From: Nemertoderma westbladi
Lineage: Eukaryota > Animalia > Xenacoelomorpha
Direction: 5' to 3'
Assembly: GCA_032718475.1 (NCBI GenBank)
Contig: JAUCBJ010008053.1
Location: 1-42,651 of the forward strand
Length of the DNA stretch: 42,651 nucleotides
Made by a program: the position numbers and the translations under genes. The notes below the pieces were generated by a model. That model did no database searches. It had not been told where the DNA came from and saw only the letters and a program-made list of their open reading frames with translations. Positions 34,267 to 42,651 of this stretch are shown here, piece after piece (position 1 is the first letter of the stretch; each line of letters opens with the position of its first letter).

Positions 34267-35625
34267 ATGACTGAGTTGATAGAAGATGATCTTGGTATCA
34301 GGGAGTGATATACTCTACCTTTAAAAGCGTTTGTTGATAGGTTGATACGCGGCGACGCTGGTCCAACTACTACGGAGGACGATGGTCGTTATATCGAACC
34401 GCCGATGTCCCAGGAGCAACTTACGCGTGAATTGGACTATCGAAAATTCACTGCTCGCTATACGCATTGTAATGGTACGTATATGGACTTCTTAACTACT
34501 GGCCATCCTATCGATTTACACGATACGGACGATATCGACACCGAAAGGGAAATGGTCCTATTTAAATATCATACCCAGCGGAGTCGGAACGATAAATTGA
34601 TAATCGAATGCGAAAATTCTATTCGAAATCGACTCGAAAGAGAAGACGTTAAAGAACCGGATAAACGCGGTAACTCCAACGTATATTTGGAATTCTTGAG
34701 AGAAACATTGTAAAACCGAATAAATATCACCCGCGTTTCCCCTACAAGACGTGCGTCTTTGGTATTATTGCAATGAATGCCCAAGACCCAACCAACAAAC
34801 GGAAAGACATAAACATCCGTAGAGACGTTGCTTTAAACACGGTTTTACTCGCTATATTTACGGGAGTTTCGAGCGAAACTTGTTCGATGTATCACCTATG
34901 CTCGCTCGATTCAAACAATCCTTAAATAAACCTATGATCAGAGTTCCGGAACACTCGGTCAGACCTCCTCATTCCCTAGTTAGACCTCAGACTCTTGATC
35001 CTAATAGTATCATAGATCCTCCCGAACTGTACTCACTGTTCAAAGATCTAGTGTTAACCGAACAGTTAGTCGGTGGCACTCCGGTTGTGGGCTCCCTAAA
35101 AATTCGCCCATCTTACCTAGTCGGATTGGGACGCGGACATCTAATATCGTCATTCAACCGTATCATCGTCCCTGTTTAACCCGATACAACCTGTCACCGA
35201 GGCGGAGGAGAGAGTTGTACGAAACGCGTTGGACACTATTCGTCAAAAGAGCGGAAAATGAACCTACAATTGTTTAGAGAAACGTAAATTGCAGCAGCAA
35301 GTCCAAGCGGTAAACGAATTAACTTTATCTCAGTTAGATCAGGAAATTCAGAATCTCTAAGAAGATATCGAACTTGGACGACCCTATTCTCTGCAAGAGT
35401 TTTGGACGAACGCATCCAACGATAAGCGGAGGAAAATCAGCTCGAGGAGAAGCATATCGAAATGGACGAGACATCGACCGTAACCCTAAACGTTCTGATG
35501 CAATTGTATTGCACCCTTCACCCAGGAGTTACAGCCCGCCTAGTAAAGTGGCTCGCCCCAAAGAGAAAAGGACTCTTGCTAGCCTCAAAAAACTGCGTAA
35601 ACGCCGTCCGCGCAAGAAAGACTAG
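34267..35625 (+). pseudogene. Degenerate coding-like segment inside the C LTR
   Basis: Homologue of 1323-2654; ORF pieces 34342-34713, 34880-35179 and 35374-35625. Confidence 0.4.
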
Positions 35626-35934
35626 CTGTTTAGAGTATTTTTATATTTTAGAAACTGTGATTTTTTATATTTTATAGAATTAAATCCCATTTTCTGGGAG
35701 CGTGTAAAAGCTTTTGCGGGATATAACTGGCCCTTTTCTCCGCAATGTACTGTGTAAGGTGTTTTTAGAGGACATAACTAGCGATTTATCCGCTGTGTCT
35801 GCATGTGTGCTTTAGCGGACATAAAAAGCCAGTTTTCCCACAATGCGCTCAAATACTCTAAACTACCTAACTCAAATGACGCAATCTACCAACCGATTTG
35901 CTGTACGCCTATAGGCTCTTTGTTCTGTTCGATC

Positions 35935-36116
35935 AACCAATCAGAACAATGATCCACCAATCAGAGCAATTTCGCCTTGTGTTGAATATGGGCTGCAAAA
36001 ACCCGAATAGTTCGGCATTTAGACATTCGTGGAACCTACAGAATCTGGAACTCGGCCAATGAGAGCTGTTTCTCTTTGTGTTGAAAGATACCTACAACAG
36101 CCCAGAGGGATCAGTT
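35935..36116 (+). promoter_or_regulatory. Putative LTR promoter: three CCAAT boxes and TCAGTT initiator
   Basis: CCAATCAGA at ~35937 and ~35957, CCAATGAGA at ~36056, TCAGTT at 36111-36116. Confidence 0.45.
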
Positions 36117-37861
36117 GTGTTGGTTTTCCCGAGCCTAGAAGACCGGCTTTGGAATCTCTGTTGTTTCAGGCTTTAGCCCAAGATTAGTAGGCTTAATTAT
36201 AGAACGTATATCTGTTATCTTACTCACTCACCTAATCATATTGTCAACTACAAACACCGCATTTTTACTGCTATTTACTGTCGGTTATTCATTATATCAG
36301 TTGATGGAATATTATTATATTTGGAATATCGATAAATAATTACAAAACCCTCAATCTTCTTGATATACTGAAGGTAAGAGAGACCGGTTACATATAACGA
36401 TTGCGACTTACATTAAAGTGGTTTTGAAGTGAATCTAATGCTATTTCATAGGCACTACATGTATTGGTTGTTGTTCTCTTTATATGTGACTAAAATTAGT
36501 GAAGGTCGGCAGATCGGTGTGCAGCATTGTGCAGTATTGTGTATGATTGTGACTGATAACAAAGCATCTCCTAAAGAATGCGCTATATACGTGAATCCAT
36601 AGCCATCCCGTTGTGTCTAGTTTAAGTCATAACTCTGTTTACATATTTAGAGCGCCACGTCCTAAAGGAACTGTTAATATTTCCCGAAAGTGAATAATAT
36701 TTGTCAGAGATTATATATTACGATCAGTGGAATAATACAGTAGGCCTACACCGCAATAAGGTTAGGCTTCCGAATCCAGTCTCCCAGGTATATCCAGCGG
36801 GTGAATGGTCGCGCATAGACTGGCTTTGGCTAATGTAGTGTATCAAATACTCGTCATAGGCTAAAGTCGATTTATTATCTAGAAGACATCCAAATTTGGC
36901 AGGTTAAACTGCTAAAGGTCTGAAAGCGCGAACAGGGTTCGATGCACAGGACCTAGAGGCGATGGGATGGGACAAAGACGTCCCTGGCGAGTATCGGTAA
37001 GGGAATGGGGAAGAGTGGATGGCGAGGTATCCAGAGAGATGTCTGGAAGAGACACCGATCTTAGAGGGCATAACGAATATACCGATACAAAGGAGGTCGA
37101 ATAAGAAGACAAGGTGGAAAGGGAGAGGATGTAAGAAGGTTAATCCAAAGGGATAGGAGCCAATGACGAAGGGTGACAAAGGAGACAGCAAAGTTAGAGG
37201 AGATGTGTTGCACACGGGGCTGGCAGAATGCGAGGGGGCATTAAATGGTAAGCCATTATGCGTACCGAAGGATGACCAAGGGTCATCGGGGGCTTTAACG
37301 CCGGCGCACATATTGAGGGGGAGGCCAGCAGAGGTGGCATGTACCAGTGATGATGACATGAAGGGCGGCATTCTACCGCCAAGTGATGACACGATGAAGG
37401 GTGGTGAGACGGGATGGGTGGAGGGTGGGAAGACAATGAGGAGTTCTGTGAGGAGATAGAAAGATCCGATCTTAGGGTGGAGGAGAAGGGAAAGTCAGAT
37501 CCAAGAGATTTGGAATCGATAAGGAGAGTGTGGCGGAGAATAAGAGGAACTACAGGGGGGCAGTGGGAGAGTTGCCTGCTGGAGGAATTGCCCTTAGGTT
37601 GTTGAGTCGTCCAATATATTGGACTGAGGGGGGTGGGAATGAGGGCGAGACGCCCTACCAACACACTAAACAAAAATAAAATAAAAATAAAATAAGTAGT
37701 AAAACATTAGTAGCAAGGTACGCTGTAGGTATACATTATGTACGTCTGATGGGTATGGATGTACCAATGTACATAATACGATGGTGGTACATAGGTGTAG
37801 GTAGTTACAATTACGTACGTCGGACGGGTGCAAAATGTACCAACGTACCTAATTTACATAC

Positions 37862-38222
37862 GAACTATTGTGGGCACTGAGGGCGCCACATGAGGAGTTG
37901 AGGGGGGGGGGGGGGGTATTTACGCATACAGTAGTGGAAGGGTACACAGTACCATAAGTACGTAACATGTACTATTGTGGGCACTGAGGGCGCCACGTGA
38001 GGAGTTGAGGGGGGGGGGGGGTATGTACGCATACTGTAGTAGAAGGGTACACAGTACCATAGTGAGGATTAGGATGGGTATACATTGCGTATGTCTGATG
38101 GGCACAATGTGCCAACAACGTATGTAATAAATACCATCACAAGCCGGGTCAATGGGACCAATAATTATACGTAATGCATACAATAGTGGGCATTGAGGGC
38201 GCCACGTGAGGAGTTGAGGGGG
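37862..38222 (+). repeat. Three direct repeats in the D post-pol spacer
   Basis: GTGGGCA(C/T)TGAGGGCGCCAC(A/G)TGAGGAGTTGAGGGGG at ~37870, 37977 and 38186. Confidence 0.75.
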
Positions 38223-38627
38223 ATATGTAGGCATGGTAGGATAGACTGTGTAGGCCGCACAAACTAGACTACTGTAGCGCATAGCCCGTAGTGCAGAGTT
38301 AGAACATTGCTACAGAGCCAGAAGGTTGTCTGGTAGGAAGCTAGTACAAGAGTAAGAAAATTGTAGCTAGTCTTCTCTGTAGACAAGTAGTGATGAATTA
38401 CTTACATAGTAATTGAGTAGTAGATAATGTAATAGAACGTCAATTGAGGTTGGGGAGTGAACACAGCACTGAAGAATCAGTGGTAAATTGGCACATAGAG
38501 GACGATCACTCGTACGAAACACTGGCAGAACGCAGATAGGAGGTATTCCAACACTGATTTAAACGAATTAAGACCATACTTAGTTATATCTTGCCCTACT
38601 GAGCCTTTCTAAGGCACCACCAGTCTG

Positions 38628-39299
38628 GTGAGAGAGGAGAATCGTGATGGCGGAGAAACTATGATGGAGTTTATCGCATTCCATGGAGAGGGGCGGATAT
38701 ATATGGTCCCGGATGACGTGGAGACAGTAGAGAATGACGGTGGGACAAGAAAGGTGTCAGGAGGGTCGAGTAGAACTATATTGCTGCATTTAGTGGCGGT
38801 GAACGGAGATATTTTTCTGTTTGACCTAGCGACCTATGGTAGAAAGACTGGGCCAAAGTTGAACCACCTACCGGATGCGATGCAGAAGCTAGTAAGGTCA
38901 AAGACTACGATCGAGATTGGATCGGTGATACGCGGCGATGTGGAGAGGATTATTGGACCGGGCACCCCAAATCTTCTGGACATGCAGGTAGTCTGCATGG
39001 CTATGACGAAACCAGATGGATAAGGATTGGTGGATAACACGGGACAATAGGGAGTCGTGGTCATGGGTCAGTTGATGGGGCTTATGTGCCACATGCCGAT
39101 GGAGTGGAACAAGTTCAGAGAGGAATACGGTGTGGGACTTGCGAATTCACTCAAGTGGGGGCGAGACGGGGAGAGACGAGTTATATCACTTCCGAAAGGG
39201 GGGCTGAAAACACGTCGTGTAGACGAATATATAATGTATAATATACATACTATAGTCAGATATAACCTTTTCCAATTAGCTACTGGGACTGGGGACTAA
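38628..39299 (+). pseudogene. Additional ORF of D: DnaQ/DEDDy-like (RNase D/WRN/EXD-type) 3'-5' exonuclease, decayed
   Basis: FIAFHGEG (ExoI DxE with D>H), LHLVAVNGDIFLFDL, LPDAMQKLVRSKTTIEIGSVIRGDVERI (ExoII) and LLDMQ. Contains in-frame stops. Recognised by eye only. Confidence 0.65.
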
Positions 39300-39803
39300 T
39301 TGACTGGAACAGGAGGATAAGACGAGGGACTCACTTATTATATACAACGTATACGTGTATGAGACCGTGGGAATCCAACAGAAAGAACTTAGAGAGCGAT
39401 TGTCAAGGGGTTGAGTATCAGGGGAGCATGGGGAGAAGGTGCTAGAGTTAAGGGAGAAAAGTAAAGCGTGTGAGGTCCGAGTGTGGGGAGCGAGCGGAGA
39501 AGAGGATGAGTCCTAAGGGACTAGTGAGAGAGGAAGGTACAACAAAGTCCGAGAGATAAAATTGTGTGAGGAGTGAGGGCGATCGTCTAAAACAGAGACG
39601 CCGGATGCCTTGGTACAGCTTAGCTCGCAGATGTACCAAGGATGGGTAGTGAAAACAGACCCATGGGGACCGGCCTGGAAAGCTGACCCCGAGAAGAAAA
39701 CCTCCACCCCACATCCAATATTAGATTGGATTCCAGCGGAATTGAAGCGCACTTGAGGTTTATGCTATCTTCTCAACGGGAAGATAGAATGGGGGGGGGG
39801 GAG

Positions 39804-40432
39804 TGTAAGCGGATTCAATTCCCTGCACTACCCAGCGGAAAATGGGCGAAGTGGCATTTTACCAATTATAGTTTGGAAGGTGACATTACCAATAATAATG
39901 TCACCTAATAACCAACTTAGGCGATACACATCGCCAGCCACAAAGAAAGATGAGAGGTCTTAAACCATCTCAGAGGGACAAAGGGGCTAGCAGGGCTAGC
40001 ATGTGGGGATAGTGGCAGCAGGGAGTAGCGAGATAGACATTAATCGGGTTAGCCAATGATGGGAGGGGAAAACAGGTGATTGGAACGCATCTACTGGCCA
40101 GGCCACTCAATACAGTAGCTGTGATTAATATGTGTTAATAATATATAACCGTTGTACTTGTGAATTATGATTCAGTTGGTTTCTATACAGTTGTGAGACC
40201 GGAACGGTTTTTAACCGTCGTCATTACCGTGCTATTATATTCTGACTGTGCTATTATTATGTTCTGTGATTATAACAACTGACACTAAAAACTCAGTTAT
40301 TCCAACGGCCTTCGGCCTATTATATTTTATTCAGACCACAGCCTTTCAGCAGCCTATGGACGCGGCGACGCGTATAATACCAAGACAACACACCGGTCGG
40401 AGTTTAGCAACCAACTCCTAAATCCCGTCACA
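39804..40432 (+). repeat. 3' LTR of D (629 bp) after a G-rich PPT
   Basis: GGGGGGGGGGGAG|TGTAAGC...CCCGTCACA; TATATAA at ~40143 and TCAGTT at ~40172. Confidence 0.85.
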
Positions 40433-41008
40433 TCCATTTAATTTTTTTTTTAAGTTTTTAATTATTTTCGAATATTATTATTCGTAGAAATTAATGAAAA
40501 TATAACCTGAAAAAAAACACCAAAACGAAAAAACGTGAAAAAAAGAACCAGTTAATATTTAAATAAAATTTCTCTAAAAGACTCGGAATGTGCAGCAACG
40601 GACTCTTTGACGGATGCAGCATTACCGACCTGGATACAAACCCCTAAACGTTGACGAAGGTGTTCAATCGATTTTTTGTTGCCAGATACCTTCTGTATAC
40701 GGGCCCTACACGGAGGAATGCGGAATGCTATCCTAGAGGTACCAAGACCGCCCAGTGATTCGACAGCTACAGGTTGAATTATATATAAATACGTGACAGT
40801 TCGCCGTAGTCCATTTAATTATATTCACCTATTCGTAAAAGTGCCCTTTCCAGCAAAGCAAATATATAGTTACATTAGCAGCTAGAACAGTTAGGATTCA
40901 CATTATCCCAGTGCCAATAATGTGCTTTAAAAAGTACCCCACACATTTCGAATCGGGCTTCAGATCAACCAATGACGGATCAACCAAACTAAAATGTTGG
41001 TTTTTGAT

Positions 41009-42651
41009 GAACCATTAACCTAAGTCGTGGAACCATTAACCCATGTCGTGGAACCATTAACCCATGCCGTGGAACCATTAAACCATGTCGTGGAACCATT
41101 AACCCATGCCATGGAACCATTAACCAATGTCGTGGAACCATTAACCCATGTCGTGGAACCATTAACCCATGTCGTGGAACCATTAACCCATGTCGTGGAA
41201 CCATTAACCCATGTCGTAGAACCATTAACCCATGTCGTGGAACCATTTACCCATGTCATGGAACCATTAACCCATGTCGTGGAACCATTAACCCATGTCG
41301 TAGAACCATTAACCAATGTCGTGGAACCATTAACCCATGTCGTGGAACCATTAACCCATGTCGTAGAACCATTAACCCATGTCATGGAACCATTAACCCA
41401 TGTCGTGGAACCATTAACCCATGTCGTGGAACCATTAACCCATGTCGTGGAACCATTAACCCATGTCGTGGAACCATTAACCCATGTCGTGGAACCATTA
41501 ACCCATGTCGTGGAACCATTAACCCATGTCGTGGAACCATTAACCCATGTCGTGGAACCATTAACCCATGTCGTAGAACCATTAACCCATGTCGTGGAAC
41601 CATTAACCCATGTCGTGGAACCATTAACCCATGTCGTGGAACCATTAACCCATGTCGTGGAACCATTAACCCATGTCGTGGAACCATTAACCCATGTCGT
41701 GGAACCATTAACCCATGTCGTGGAACCATTAACCCATGTCGTGGAACCATTAACCCATGTCGTGGAACCATTAACCTATGTCGTGGAACCATTAACCCAT
41801 GTCGTGGAACCATTAACCCATGTCGTGGAACCATTAACCCACGTCGTGGAACCATTAACCCATGTCGTGGAACCATTAACCCATGTCGTGGAACCATTAA
41901 CCCATGTCGTGGAACCATTAACCCATGTCGTAGAACCATTAACCCATGTCATGGAACCATTAACCCATGTCGTGGAACCATTAACCCATGTCGTGGAACC
42001 ATTAACCCATGTCGTGGAACCATTAACCCATGTCGTGGAACCATTAACCCATGTCGTGGAACCATTAACCCATGTCGTGGAACCATTAACCCATGTCGTG
42101 GAACCATTAACCCATGTCGTGGAACCATTAACCCATGTCGTGGAACCATTAACCCATGTCGTGGAACCATTAACCCATGTCGTGGAACCATTAACCCATG
42201 TCGTGGAACCATTAACCCATGTCGTGGAACCATTAACCCATGTCGTAGAACCATTAACCCATGTCGTGGAACCATTAACCCATGTCGTGGAACCATTAAC
42301 CCATGTCGTGGAACCATTAACCCATGTCGTGGAACCATTTACCCATGTCATGGAACCATTAACCCATGTCGTGGAACCATTAACCCATGTCGTGGAACCA
42401 TTAACCCATGTCGTGGAACCATTAACCCATGTCGTGGAACCATTAACCTAAGTCGTGGAACCATTAACCCATGTCGTAGAACCATTAACCCATGTCGTGG
42501 AACCATTAACCAATGTCGTGGAACCATTAACCCATGTCGTGGAACCATTAACCCATGTCGTGGAACCATTAACCCATGTCATGGAACCATTAACCCATGT
42601 CGTGGAACCATTAACCCATGTCGTGGAACCATTAACCCATGTCATGGAACC
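41009..42651. repeat. 21-bp tandem satellite (GGAACCATTAACCCATGTCGT)n, ~78 units, running to the window edge
   Basis: Directly visible and highly homogeneous, with recurrent single-base variants. Confidence 0.98.

Larger units (their letters stand above)
7521..36934 (+). mobile_element. BEL/Pao LTR retrotransposon C, non-autonomous (RT and integrase core deleted), host to B and E
   Basis: 5' LTR remnant, long leader, gag with DUF1759-like region and Cys knuckles, LLDSGS protease, WRHCP..NLADIASRG remnant, PPT and 3' LTR. Confidence 0.85.
32652..36934 (+). repeat. 3' LTR of C (~4.28 kb), preceded by PPT-like GGAGTGGGTG
   Basis: TGTGAC start (could be 2 bp earlier) and ACA end. Last 552 bp match 7521-8072, and it is collinear with copy A. 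The 5' boundary is inferred from the PPT only. Confidence 0.75.
36935..40432 (+). mobile_element. 3' part of degenerate BEL/Pao element D, a relative of B in the opposite orientation
   Basis: Integrase remnant CEGALNGKPL...LTPAHIL. The post-pol sequence GGACTGAGGGGGGTGGGA.TGAGGGCGAGACGCCCT, the pre-PPT hairpin and the LTR end ATCCCGTCACA are all shared with B. Confidence 0.85.

Noticed and set aside
41027-42451. 474-aa VVEPLTH ORF and antisense ORFs
   Set aside because: They arise from a stop-free 21-bp tandem unit, with no unique flanking coding sequence.
41009-42651. CRISPR array
   Set aside because: Head-to-tail repeats with no unique spacers, no cas genes, and a eukaryotic transposon context.

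Overview
Eukaryotic (animal-like) repeat-dense DNA with no recognisable host gene. It is a nest of transposons followed by a 21-bp satellite. From left to right: a >3.9-kb LTR (A, 1-3939) sits in a deleted piggyBac (3940-5112, minus), which sits in a BEL/Pao gag relic (F). Next comes a non-autonomous BEL/Pao element C (7521-36934, +) with a ~4.3-kb 3' LTR. C is interrupted by an antisense BEL/Pao element B (13188-31042, TSD CGCAA), and B is interrupted by a GalEa-type Copia E (21462-26385, TSD CGATC). C abuts the integrase remnant of a B relative (D, 36935-40432). The best candidate for new biology is that B and C both lack a TGG tRNA primer-binding site. Instead, the bases right after the 5' LTR are the reverse complement of a stretch inside their own LTR, with pairing ending exactly at the LTR boundary, which is the geometry expected for self-primed reverse transcription. 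The B/D family also carries an extra post-pol ORF with a DEDDy-like 3'-5' exonuclease (D) and CCHC knuckles (B). The giant A/C LTR contains a coding-like island.
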